A DNA stretch of 64,000 bases from Candidatus Atabeyarchaeum deiterrae (GCA_037310415.1 CP147780.1:128001-192000); one strand, 5' to 3'; counted from the stretch's first letter, positions 18,717-28,489 are shown. Translations and numbers: made by a program. The notes: a model not told the origin generated them from the letters alone.

Positions 18717-19958
18717 ATGCCTGAGAAGGTTGCGATTGTTGGTTTTGGAGTGACGCCTTTTGCGGCGAGGCATCCTGATGCGACGTACTTTGAGCTTGCT
18801 TTCGACGCAACTAAGGCTGCCCTCGATGACGCTGAACTGACTCCAAGAGATATAGATGCTGCTGTTTACGGGGTCTATAACGATTTGTTCGAACGGCAGT
18901 TTATGCAAGATGTGTTGATCCACGATTATCTTGGTTTGTATGGAAAACCTGGTGTTCGTGTGACGACTGGAGGGGCAACTGGGGGTTACGCTTTCAGAGA
19001 GGCTTACCTGACGGTTGCGTCGGGGCTTCATGATATCGTCTTGTGTTTGGGAACTGAGAAGTGCGCTGATTGCTTTGATTATGTTGTTGGGAAAGCCACG
19101 CCTGAGGTTGTCAAAGCCATAGCGTATTCTGCTGATATGACGTATGAGTTTCCGTCGGGCATGTACGCTGCTTCATCTTATGCGCTCCTTGCTCGCGCTC
19201 ACATGGATAAGTATGGAACCAGTGAAGAACAAGCCGCGAAAGTCTCCGTCAAGAATCATAGGAACGCCAAGTTGAACCCGATTGCTCAAAGTCCAATGGA
19301 TATCACGGTTGAAGAAGTGATGAAGTCAAGAATGATCGCTTATCCTTTCAAGATGCTTGACTGTTGCCTCTACACGGAGGGGTCTGCGGCCCTCGTCCTT
19401 GCTTCTGAGAAGAAAGCGATGGAAATCACAGATACCCCGATCTGGGTAAAGGGAATAGGTGCTGCAAACGACAAAGCATTCACGGGCTTTCGAACGAGCA
19501 ACGACAAACTTGGGAAATATGGAGACATAGCTGACCTAAGAAGTCACTACGCGGCCAGTGAGGCAGCTTATAGAATGGCTGGTATCACAGATCCGGTTCA
19601 CCAACTTGATATAGCAGAGCTGCATGATGCGTTCAGTTTCACTGAACTACAAGCATACGAAGCCATGCGTTTCTGCTCGCCAGGCCAAGGTGGCAAATTC
19701 ATAGATGAAGAGGTACCTGAGAGGAGTGGAGCGCTTCCATGCACAGTATCCGGTGGGTTGATAGGATGCGGTCACGCTGTGGGTGCCACAGGAATAATGC
19801 AGACGGGAGAAGTGGCTATGCAATTGAGGGAAGAGGCAGGGAAGAAACAAGTGCCCATAACTCGGGGAAATGGACTTGTTCACAGCATCGGTGGCCCAGG
19901 CTCATGCTATTGCACAGTTGCAGTTCTGGGTAGGGACAAGGGTAAGGAGGGTAGGTGA
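18717..19958 (+). CDS. Thiolase-superfamily (SCP-x-like) protein lacking the usual nucleophilic Cys
   Basis: KNHRNAxxNP, DCCxxTEGSAA, AELHDAF, GHAVGATG; TTGGATGG in place of ExACASG. Confidence 0.9.
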   Translation: MPEKVAIVGFGVTPFAARHPDATYFELAFDATKAALDDAELTPRDIDAAVYGVYNDLFERQFMQDVLIHDYLGLYGKPGVRVTTGGATGGYAFREAYLTVASGLHDIVLCLGTEKCADCFDYVVGKATPEVVKAIAYSADMTYEFPSGMYAASSYALLARAHMDKYGTSEEQAAKVSVKNHRNAKLNPIAQSPMDITVEEVMKSRMIAYPFKMLDCCLYTEGSAALVLASEKKAMEITDTPIWVKGIGAANDKAFTGFRTSNDKLGKYGDIADLRSHYAASEAAYRMAGITDPVHQLDIAELHDAFSFTELQAYEAMRFCSPGQGGKFIDEEVPERSGALPCTVSGGLIGCGHAVGATGIMQTGEVAMQLREEAGKKQVPITRGNGLVHSIGGPGSCYCTVAVLGRDKGKEGR

Positions 19959-19962
19959 GAAC

Positions 19963-20601
19963 ATGGCAAGCGGCTCAAGAGTTGATAAGGAGAAAGGAAA
20001 GAAGACAGCCATCGAGGAAGCCAAGAGAAAGATTGCCGAGGAGACCAAAGGTGAACCGCTAGAAGTTGAGATAAACAAGATAATTGCTTCAAGGGCTGAG
20101 AAACTGAGTTTTGAGAAAGACAAGTACTTCGAGATATGGGACAAGTATGTGATGTCTTACAAGTATTCGTATGGGAGACAGTCACGGTTCTTCAAGGAAC
20201 TGTATTCGAACCAGAATATCATGGGATCAAAATGCCCTAAGTGCGGTACTGTCTACTGCCCTCCTAGGTCTCATTGTTCAGAGTGCTATGAAGAAAACGA
20301 GTGGGTTATCTTGCCTCAGACTGGGAAAGTTTTGACTTCGGTCGTCTGCTGGTACGTCAGTTCAGAGTTCTTTATAGAGGTCCCCTACGCGTGTGCTTAT
20401 GTTCAGGTTGATCACACTGATACTGGAATGCTACAGCGAATCGTGTCTCGAGATGTAGAGAAGGTTAGACCGGGGATACGTGTTCGAGCTGTGTTCAAGG
20501 AGAAAAGAGAAGGTAAGATGTCGGATTTCTACTTCGTTCCCGAAGGGGAACACGCCTATTGGTCTCAACAAGAAAGGAAAAAGACATTGAATAAGTCCTA
20601 A
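19963..20601 (+). CDS. DUF35 Zn-ribbon/OB-fold protein (thiolase partner)
   Basis: CPKCGTVYCPPRSHCSEC plus OB fold; ATG 4 nt after the thiolase stop. Confidence 0.9.
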   Translation: MASGSRVDKEKGKKTAIEEAKRKIAEETKGEPLEVEINKIIASRAEKLSFEKDKYFEIWDKYVMSYKYSYGRQSRFFKELYSNQNIMGSKCPKCGTVYCPPRSHCSECYEENEWVILPQTGKVLTSVVCWYVSSEFFIEVPYACAYVQVDHTDTGMLQRIVSRDVEKVRPGIRVRAVFKEKREGKMSDFYFVPEGEHAYWSQQERKKTLNKS

Positions 20602-20678
20602 CATCTTCTGCTGGAATTGCCTGGTTGCAGGATCTTCGCCTTTGGGTTTCTAAGTCTAGATCTGGGATCTTTTGAAGA

Positions 20679-21131
20679 TCATTGGGGAACTGGTCCGTCA
20701 AAATTGCTCAACCTAGTCTTCAGTTTCTCTGCTATTTCGTCTAGGGCTGCTCTATCGGCTGGCTGTCTGATCGTGGCCAGTCTGCCACCGACACCCGTAG
20801 CGCCAGTGCGGGGAATGACATGTATGTGAAAGTGATAGATCTTCTGACCTGCCGATACCCCATTGTTTTGCAGAAGGTTGACCCCAGTTACGTCAGTGAG
20901 CGCTGACTTGACGGCAAAAGCCATTTTTCTCGCCAGTCTGAATGTTTCGACTGCAAGATCCTCGGGTATCTCAAAAAGATCAGTGTAGTGAGACTTGGGT
21001 ACGACAAGCACGTGACCATTCGCCAAGGGGAATGCATCCATGAATGCCATAATTGCGGGACCTCGAAAAACGAAACTCGCGGGCAACTCGCCCTTAATTA
21101 TTGAGCAAAATCTGCAACTACTTTCGCCCAT
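20679..21131 (-). CDS. HIT family nucleotide hydrolase
   Basis: CRFC, GHVLVVPK, GQKIYHFHIHVIPR. Confidence 0.93.
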   Translation of the reverse strand: MGESSCRFCSIIKGELPASFVFRGPAIMAFMDAFPLANGHVLVVPKSHYTDLFEIPEDLAVETFRLARKMAFAVKSALTDVTGVNLLQNNGVSAGQKIYHFHIHVIPRTGATGVGGRLATIRQPADRAALDEIAEKLKTRLSNFDGPVPQ

Positions 21132-21436
21132 GATCGACGCCTCGATACCCTTGGATTTCACCGTCCAGCCTATACAAAGCTGTGATGACCCTGGCAAAAA
21201 TCTCAATCTGTTTCCAGCATTCTGTTGACTCCTTAGACGTCGCGAACCTCTTATAGATTACGTGGAACGATATTCTCCATCAAAGTGCGGTGGCCTTGAA
21301 CGATTTCCCGCTGCCCTTACACATAAATAGAAGGGGAGTTTCAACTGACTAAAACTCATGGGAAAGGGTTAAATTGAAGTACAAGGAAACTAACAAGTCA
21401 ATCTAGTGATCGCATTTTGGAGGATCAACAGGAAAA

Positions 21437-23146
21437 ATGAGCAACAAGAGTTGTTATTCAAATAAGCCTTGGCTAAAGAACTACCCCAAAGGCATAAAGC
21501 CGAAAATCGACTATCCAGCAATACCATTGTTTGGTCTCTTGGATATGACTGCCAAAGATTTTCCCGACAATGATGGATTTGTCATGATGGGAAAAACCAT
21601 CAAATATGGAGAATTCAAGACGCTCGTGGACAAGTTCGCAACTGCTCTCGCAGCAATCGGAATCAAGAAAGGAGATACAGTCGCTCTTCATATGCCCAAT
21701 ATTGTCCAATTCCCGCTGGCGTACTATGGTGCCTTGAAGGCGGGCGCGAAGGTGACTTGTTGTAGTGCACTTCTCTCAGGTCCTGAACTAGAATTCCAGC
21801 TAAATGACAGTGGTGCACAGACATTAGTCACATTTGATGACAGACCACGAAAAGGTGGCCAATTCGACACAATCGCAGCAATCAGAAACAAGACGAAGTT
21901 GAAAAATGTCATACTTACGGCTTTGAGAGATTTTCTGCCAGGAAAAACATGGACGCCTCCGGAGACGCCTGGGTTTATACAGCTATTGAACCTGCTCTCA
22001 AAATACGAGGCCAATCCACCGAAAGTGAGCATAAATCCAAAGGAGGACATAGCTGTCCTTCAGTACACGGGTGGAACTACTGGTGTGCCAAAGGGTGCAA
22101 TCCTTACTCATATGAACTTGGTTGCCAATGCGCTGCAATGTGGCGATTGGAATGAGGGATCAGTCAGGGGAAAGGAAATCGCCCTAATTAACTTGCCACT
22201 GTTCCACATTTATGGTCAGACGGTGTGCATGAACTACTGTGTCTACGCAGCGGCAAAGTTGGTGCTTAATGTCGACCCGCGGGATTTTCCCACACTATTC
22301 TCGTTAATAAAGCAGTATAAGCCGACAGTGTTTCCGGGTATCCCGACTCTGTTCATGAGAATGCTGCAATACCAGGATCTGCCCAAGTATGCTGAAGCCA
22401 TGAAGACGATCAGGATAATGAACAGTGGAGCTGCACCTTTGCCGCCTGAGGTTCTTAAGAAATTCGAGGAAGTTACTGGAGGCAAGATAGCTGAGGGATA
22501 CGGGTTGACAGAGTGTAGCCCTGTGACGCATTCTAACCCGCTCATTGGTCTAAGGAAAGTGGGTTCCATAGGTATGCCGTTTCCAGATACCGATGCGAAA
22601 ATCGTTGACATTGAGACGGGCAGCAAAGAGGTTCCGCTTGGTGAGGTCGGTGAACTGGCTATTAGAGGACCTCAGTGTATGAAGGGATACTGGAACAAGC
22701 CAAGTGAAACGGCAAAGCAAATGAGAAGTGAACTCTGCGGCGATAAAGGTCCTTGGGTGCTGACTGGTGACATGGCGAGGATGGACGAAGATGGATACTT
22801 CTATATAGTGGACAGAAAGAAGGACATGATTGATGTAAGTGGCTTCAAGGTCTATCCGCGTGAAGTCGACGACGTCCTTTTCGAACACCCAGCGGTGGCG
22901 ATGGCAGCTGCAGTCGGAGTTCCTGACCCCGAAATCCCAGGAAATGAAAGAGTCAAAGCTTTCGTGGTTCTGAAACAGGGGATTGAGGAGAGCGACAAGC
23001 TGAAAGAAGAAATAAGAGAGTTCTGTAGGAAGAAGTTAGCACCGTACAAAGTGCCCAAGTTCATAGAGTTTAAAAAGGATTTACCTATGACTCTCGTCGG
23101 AAAGGTGCTGAAAAGAAAGATACGTGAAGAAGAAGGCGGAAAGTAG
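21437..23146 (+). CDS. Long-chain acyl-CoA synthetase (AMP-forming)
   Basis: YTGGTTGVPKG, EGYGLTE, TGD, DRKKD, VGKVLKR. Confidence 0.93.
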   Translation: MSNKSCYSNKPWLKNYPKGIKPKIDYPAIPLFGLLDMTAKDFPDNDGFVMMGKTIKYGEFKTLVDKFATALAAIGIKKGDTVALHMPNIVQFPLAYYGALKAGAKVTCCSALLSGPELEFQLNDSGAQTLVTFDDRPRKGGQFDTIAAIRNKTKLKNVILTALRDFLPGKTWTPPETPGFIQLLNLLSKYEANPPKVSINPKEDIAVLQYTGGTTGVPKGAILTHMNLVANALQCGDWNEGSVRGKEIALINLPLFHIYGQTVCMNYCVYAAAKLVLNVDPRDFPTLFSLIKQYKPTVFPGIPTLFMRMLQYQDLPKYAEAMKTIRIMNSGAAPLPPEVLKKFEEVTGGKIAEGYGLTECSPVTHSNPLIGLRKVGSIGMPFPDTDAKIVDIETGSKEVPLGEVGELAIRGPQCMKGYWNKPSETAKQMRSELCGDKGPWVLTGDMARMDEDGYFYIVDRKKDMIDVSGFKVYPREVDDVLFEHPAVAMAAAVGVPDPEIPGNERVKAFVVLKQGIEESDKLKEEIREFCRKKLAPYKVPKFIEFKKDLPMTLVGKVLKRKIREEEGGK

Positions 23147-23220
23147 AGCGCCCACGGAGCGATTTTCCTCATTTTCTTGGGGGGCAGTGCTCCCATCCCA
23201 CTTTTTTCTGAGGTTCTTCA

Positions 23221-23829
23221 TTATATTAGGGATCCGAAGGCCTCGACAACGCCTTTACCATCTTTGGCACTTGTTTCAACGTATTGAGTGGTTTTTCCCA
23301 CTTTTTGCGAGATCACCTTGGCTAGATTCGCTGCCTCCGCATTGCTGACGTTTCTTTTCAGGTCTGCTTTGCAGCCTACGAGTAGATAGGAAACTGGTGA
23401 GTTCCTGCCCGATAGACGTGGGACAACAAGATCATCTATGATTCTGATTAGTTCATTCAGAGACTCTATTCTGCTTAGGTCAATAGTCAGCATGCACTTA
23501 ACTGGAACCGACTTTGTTGGAGGAAACATCGTTTTCTGAATTAGACGATATTCACTGCTTCCAGCATAATCGCAAGTCACAATCTGGTACTGCTTTCCCC
23601 TGACATTCATGCTTGTGCTCTGTCTATCTAGAAATGTCGTGGTGGGATTGGTCGCCTCCCATTTGCCAGTGATTAACCTGCTCACAAGAGAGGTCTTTCC
23701 GCTACCTCTCCCGCCCAAGATCGCAATAACTGTGTAGTCTTTGCCCTTACCCTCTTTCAGACCAGCAAGAACCTGACCTAGGTCCTTCAGATCACCAGCG
23801 CTAAGGCTGCTCGTGCTTGTTACCTCCGT
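23221..23829 (-). CDS. Divergent Ras-superfamily small GTPase, start codon uncertain
   Basis: GGRGSGKT, DYAG, GCKAD, ETSAK; frame is open to 23832 and includes strand beta1 (YTVIAIL), but has no ATG/GTG/TTG upstream of the P-loop. Confidence 0.8.
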   Translation of the reverse strand, partial: TEVTSTSSLSAGDLKDLGQVLAGLKEGKGKDYTVIAILGGRGSGKTSLVSRLITGKWEATNPTTTFLDRQSTSMNVRGKQYQIVTCDYAGSSEYRLIQKTMFPPTKSVPVKCMLTIDLSRIESLNELIRIIDDLVVPRLSGRNSPVSYLLVGCKADLKRNVSNAEAANLAKVISQKVGKTTQYVETSAKDGKGVVEAFGSLI

Positions 23830-24078
23830 TTCTCAACCTCATCATGTTAGAGGAGAGTAGTTTTCGCTTCTCCCGCAAGTAAACAAGTGCCAAGTTTTGT
23901 TATATGCATTTACCTTTTGGCTGGAGTCTTTGAGCTCTTGGGCAGCGTCCATCACCTGCGTTAGTGACTGCAACCTTGATGCTCAAGCTGATTAGATTAT
24001 CTAATTCCTCTATTGCAAACATTAATATGTGACTGGGACTGTGAACTCATAGTTTGTGTGATTGTATGAGGCGAGAAA

Positions 24079-24426
24079 ATGAGTGTTTTCACGGTTGTAA
24101 TCATGGAAGCTCCTTATGGCAGAGAGAGGCCATATACGGCTTTGAGATTCGCGTTAACAGCTACTCTTGAGGGGCATAAGGTCAGGTTATTCCTTATCCA
24201 AGATGGGGTCTTTGTCGCGAGAAAAGCGCAGGCTCCTGATGCTTTTCCGAATATTGCAGGTTTGCTCTCGGACGCGGTGAAGGAAGGCGTGGAGGTCAAA
24301 ACATGTACTCCTTGTTGCAAGGCAAGGGGGCTATCTATCGATGATTTTGTGCAAGGAGTTCAAATGGCGACGATGAGCGATTTAGTGGAGTGGTCTACAA
24401 GTAGTGATAAGGTTCTCACATTCTGA
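24079..24426 (+). CDS. DsrE/DsrF-like sulfur-relay protein
   Basis: APYG, FLIQDGV, CTPCCKARG, DKVLTF. Confidence 0.9.
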   Translation: MSVFTVVIMEAPYGRERPYTALRFALTATLEGHKVRLFLIQDGVFVARKAQAPDAFPNIAGLLSDAVKEGVEVKTCTPCCKARGLSIDDFVQGVQMATMSDLVEWSTSSDKVLTF

Positions 24427-24437
24427 CATATCGAAAC

Positions 24438-24869
24438 TCATGACATCTCTTTCATCGAGGCATAGAAAGCATCTAAGACAACTAGGGCCCTGTCGATAGT
24501 TTCGTTATCTGTTTTTGATCCTTTCTCTAGCCCCTTTAGCACAAAGCACAATCCGAGTGTTTCCTTCAATCTCACTTCGGCGGGGTTTTCATGTGCGTCG
24601 ATTTCAAAGTCATGGATGAATTCGCCAATTCTCAGAACACATGCATCCTTGATGTCGTGTTTCTCGACCAAGACGTCAAAAGTTGTTTTCTTCCCTTCAA
24701 CTGGTTTTATACATGCGTTAGGCAGTGTGAAAGCAATTGCATTCTTGGGGATTGGGTCGTATTTGGAAATGAACTCGAATATGGCATTTTTGTCAACAAA
24801 TCTCTTGATTAGCCATGCTGAGGCGCAGCGATCAGCGTGAGGCCTGTTTCGAGTAACCCACAACATCAC
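24438..24869 (-). CDS. Chromate-resistance ChrB C-terminal-domain protein (copy 2)
   Basis: WVTRNRPHADRCASAWLIKRFVD, TFDVLV, LDAFY. Confidence 0.85.
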   Translation of the reverse strand: MMLWVTRNRPHADRCASAWLIKRFVDKNAIFEFISKYDPIPKNAIAFTLPNACIKPVEGKKTTFDVLVEKHDIKDACVLRIGEFIHDFEIDAHENPAEVRLKETLGLCFVLKGLEKGSKTDNETIDRALVVLDAFYASMKEMS

Positions 24870-24904
24870 AAGATCATCTCGCAGGGAGTCAGGAGAAAAT
24901 CAAC

Positions 24905-25408
24905 TTATTCCTTGAACTTCTGCTTAAGAAACGGTCTTATCTGTTTCTTGTCCATTCTCTCGATTTCAGATTTGTATTTCTCTTTTATGAGTTTGAACTT
25001 GCAGTAGCTGTACAATGCGTCGTATACTGGCGTAGCATTTTGAACTGCTTCAAAGTCGTCTTTCGCGACCATTGATATGCCAGTCATTATTGCACTCAGG
25101 CCGGCTCCTTCGGGTGCCACTTCTGGTTTGTCCGTATCTGCCGCGCGAACAATTTTCGCAAGTTCCAAGATGGGAGGATCCTTGATCTTGTATTTCTCTA
25201 CTATTGCATCAAAACTGCATTGATCAGCGTGATGACCAAGTTCTACATTGGGTGCATCGTAAGGGATTGCTTTCTCTTTCTTAACAGTATAATCTATCCT
25301 CTCAACTGGAACAAAGAAGAATTCGGCCCTTGGGTCGATAAATCGCTTGATCAGCCATGGGCAGGCAGTTCTATCGACATGAACGTATTCTCTTGTCACC
25401 CACTTCAT
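24905..25408 (-). CDS. Chromate-resistance ChrB C-terminal-domain protein (copy 1)
   Basis: MKWVTREYVHVDRTACPWLIKRFID, CSFDA, IVRAADT, YDALY. Confidence 0.9.
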   Translation of the reverse strand: MKWVTREYVHVDRTACPWLIKRFIDPRAEFFFVPVERIDYTVKKEKAIPYDAPNVELGHHADQCSFDAIVEKYKIKDPPILELAKIVRAADTDKPEVAPEGAGLSAIMTGISMVAKDDFEAVQNATPVYDALYSYCKFKLIKEKYKSEIERMDKKQIRPFLKQKFKE

Positions 25409-25469
25409 GGTTTCTCGCCTATCCTCTGAAACTGGAGTAGATATGACTAGTGCCACAATATAAATCTGG

Positions 25470-26669
25470 TCACCCCCCAGAGAGGCGTGAAGTACGGTTG
25501 CCACAAAATGGCTGAAGCTGTCGATGAAAGATTCTTGTCGGTATAAATACAACCATTGCTGCGACGAATGCCAGGACTGGCGCCAGTGCAAAGACAGACT
25601 GATAGCTGTTTGTGAACTGTATAATGATACCGAACATGATTGGACCTATCAGGTTTCCTATATCCAGCCCCATTGTGTAAATGCTAGAAAGAAAACCCCT
25701 GCTGTTTTCGGGGCACCTCATCAAAGCGAGCGTCTGCGAACCAGGCACGTAGATTCCCGTGCCGATTCCGAAGATTGGTGCCGCAAAGTAGAGGTATGGT
25801 GGAACTTGCGTAAAGTAGATGACAACCAGCGCCACAGAAATGATTAGTAAGCCCAGATAGGTCATCATAGCTGGGTGTCTGTCGGCACCCCTGCCTGCTG
25901 CTACCCTGAAAGCGACGCTGAAGCCTGCTTGAGTGAAGAGAAACAGACCAATCTCAAATGCGGCGACAGAGGGCGTAGGTGCGATCGACTCAAGATAGGC
26001 CGACAAGAAAGTGAGCATGCCTGTCCACGCAACTGCATAGATTATCAGACCGGAAAGAGCGAGTACAAAGCCCGTCTCTCCAATACAGCGGACTGGGTGA
26101 GCACTAGCAGATGATTTCCGCTTGGTATCTCTGAATACTACGAGCGGGATTAGGAGCATAAGGAATAGAGATGATATTCCGAATGTAGTTCTGAACTGAA
26201 GGGCCCCTGCCAAAATGCCGCCAAGGGCTGGGCCAACGGTGAATCCGATTCCAATCATCATACTTCGCCATCCAAGCGTCTCTCCAAGCTTTCCTTTGGG
26301 AGCTTGGTCGACTGCACTGGCTATTGAAGATGGGATGAATGAAGCAACTGCAGCACCTTCAATGAGTCTGGCAACCATCACGTGAAGGACGTCTCCAAAG
26401 AAGTAGAGGATGGCGTATGCAACAGACGCAAGAATGGTTCCAATGATCATCAGATTTGACCTTGACCATTTGTCGCTGGCTACTCCGGAGGCTGGTCTGA
26501 GCAGTATAGCTGTGATTGATATGCTTGAGACAGTGAATCCTATGATGAAAGTGTCGGTGGTAATTGTTCGCAGGTATTCCGGTATGAGAGGGACCACGAC
26601 TTGGACGAGTGTGAAGAACAGCATCGTCGCTACGTTCACTCGCCATATGAGTGCTCTCATCTTTTCCAC
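25470..26669 (-). CDS. MFS transporter
   Basis: About 12 TM segments, GVASDKWSR motif A, GPALGG. Confidence 0.9.
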   Translation of the reverse strand: MEKMRALIWRVNVATMLFFTLVQVVVPLIPEYLRTITTDTFIIGFTVSSISITAILLRPASGVASDKWSRSNLMIIGTILASVAYAILYFFGDVLHVMVARLIEGAAVASFIPSSIASAVDQAPKGKLGETLGWRSMMIGIGFTVGPALGGILAGALQFRTTFGISSLFLMLLIPLVVFRDTKRKSSASAHPVRCIGETGFVLALSGLIIYAVAWTGMLTFLSAYLESIAPTPSVAAFEIGLFLFTQAGFSVAFRVAAGRGADRHPAMMTYLGLLIISVALVVIYFTQVPPYLYFAAPIFGIGTGIYVPGSQTLALMRCPENSRGFLSSIYTMGLDIGNLIGPIMFGIIIQFTNSYQSVFALAPVLAFVAAMVVFIPTRIFHRQLQPFCGNRTSRLSGG

Positions 26670-26920
26670 CCGTGGATGGTTTGAGATCTAGCGAACTGAA
26701 ATCGCATTCTGGTTATCCTAATAACGTAGTTCTGAACGAGAATGAAGTCCTATTGCGTGAGCAGCTATTCCAAAGCCGCGCACATTGCACTAACATAATA
26801 GAATTGGGAATCTTGCTCTGCTATAAGTTGGGGACTATTTATACTCTCTGTTGTGAACTGGTGGTTGATTGCAGATCGATTGTACACCTATTAAGAGTGG
26901 TTTGAAGGTGTTGTTTCGCT

Positions 26921-27175
26921 ATGGGAAGTTTCATAATTCCAGTTGCCCTAAAACCATTTCTGGATCTCATGTTTGGCCTTGGCGCCATCGCAATGTTTGG
27001 TGAGATCATCATCGTACTGCATCGCGCTATATCCATCAGATTTACAATTGGACGAATCACCGAGCTTGTAATTTCTAGCTTTCTCTTTGTGATATGTCTA
27101 GATTGGACCACGGGTTTCTACTTCTTCGAAAACACGATTGCCCCGTTAGTTTGGAACACCCTAAACAGTACGTAG
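26921..27175 (+). CDS. Small membrane protein
   Basis: 84 aa, two hydrophobic segments, AAGGTG RBS. Confidence 0.55.
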   Translation: MGSFIIPVALKPFLDLMFGLGAIAMFGEIIIVLHRAISIRFTIGRITELVISSFLFVICLDWTTGFYFFENTIAPLVWNTLNST

Positions 27176-27211
27176 CAAAACTAGGAACGGTTGTTACAAG
27201 ATGCTATTATC

Positions 27212-28489
27212 TCAGGAAAGGAATTCCAAAGCAATCAACGCGTAGATCTTCGAGCACAGGGTCAGGTCTTTTTTCATAACGTACTCATTTGCAGAGTGAG
27301 CCGATTCAGAAACTGGGCCCAATACGACCGTCGGTATGCCTAGCTTGTTTCTTATGAACCGGGCATCTGTTCCCCCAGGCATTATCATGGTTGCCGTTTC
27401 TCTTCCCCACACTTGTGAAACGCATCTCTTGACAAGTTCAACAAAAGGTGCGTTTGGATCTTGGTAAGAGGGTTCGACTTTCTCAAGAGATTCTATCTTG
27501 ATCCCTCCGATACCAGACTTCTTGACGGCATTCTCAATTTGAGCTAAAGCGCTCTCCAGGTCCCCTAAAGGCATGACCCTAACATCTATCTCGGCTTCTG
27601 CATCATCTGGCACAACATTGGATTTTATTCCACCCTTGATCATTCCTGGGCTAAAGGTTAGGTGAGTATAGAGTCTTTCCATCTGATCGATGCTTAGACC
27701 CAATATCTTCGTAAGCATCGAGTAAAACGGTTTTCCAGCGTCAAACAGATTGATCAATCTCTGATCAACTTTGATGTCGGCTTGGCCCAGTTCTTCAATT
27801 CTTGGTATTATTCTGACCAACTTGTCAATCGCGTTTTCTCCCAAGAATGGCATGCTTGCATGAGCCGATCTCCCAGATGCTCTGACCCGGAGTGTAAGGA
27901 TTCCTTTTTCGGCAAGAGCTACCGTCGGACCCCACAGCTGGTTCATCGTTCCTTCTCCAACGACACACGCATCAACATCTGAATAGTAACCCTTGTCGAC
28001 AAGCAGCCCTGTCCCAAACTTACCCATTGTTTCCTCATCCGGCACAAAGTGAAATGTCAAAGTACCATCCAACTCGATATCCTTTTCAGCGATGACGGAG
28101 GCAGCTTGAAGCGCCGATGCTATGGAACCCTTCATGTCTGCGGCGCCCCTTCCAATTATCATGGAGCCTTTAACTACGCCTTCCCATGGATTCGATTTCC
28201 AAGCATCTATTCTCCCTGGTGGAACCACATCCATGTGCCCGTTCCAGACCAGTTTTCTCCTGGCTCCTCTGCTTCGTAACGAGGCGATGAGATTAACCCG
28301 ACCCTTGTCAGAAGAAACAGTTTCGACGGCGAACCCTTTGCCAATCATGTAGTCCTTGATGAATCCTGCTATATCGCCTACGTCCCCAGGAGGATTTTCG
28401 CTCTTGAATTTAATTAAATCGCAGCAAAGTCTAGTTATCGCATCTTCACGGTTCCCTATCTCATTAAGAACATCTTTGCTCATTGTCAA
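27212..28489 (-). CDS. M20 (ArgE/DapE-like) metallo-deacylase
   Basis: NGHMDVVP, GRGAADMKG, DEE, GE, GGTDA, AHSANE. Confidence 0.92.
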   Translation of the reverse strand: MTMSKDVLNEIGNREDAITRLCCDLIKFKSENPPGDVGDIAGFIKDYMIGKGFAVETVSSDKGRVNLIASLRSRGARRKLVWNGHMDVVPPGRIDAWKSNPWEGVVKGSMIIGRGAADMKGSIASALQAASVIAEKDIELDGTLTFHFVPDEETMGKFGTGLLVDKGYYSDVDACVVGEGTMNQLWGPTVALAEKGILTLRVRASGRSAHASMPFLGENAIDKLVRIIPRIEELGQADIKVDQRLINLFDAGKPFYSMLTKILGLSIDQMERLYTHLTFSPGMIKGGIKSNVVPDDAEAEIDVRVMPLGDLESALAQIENAVKKSGIGGIKIESLEKVEPSYQDPNAPFVELVKRCVSQVWGRETATMIMPGGTDARFIRNKLGIPTVVLGPVSESAHSANEYVMKKDLTLCSKIYALIALEFLS

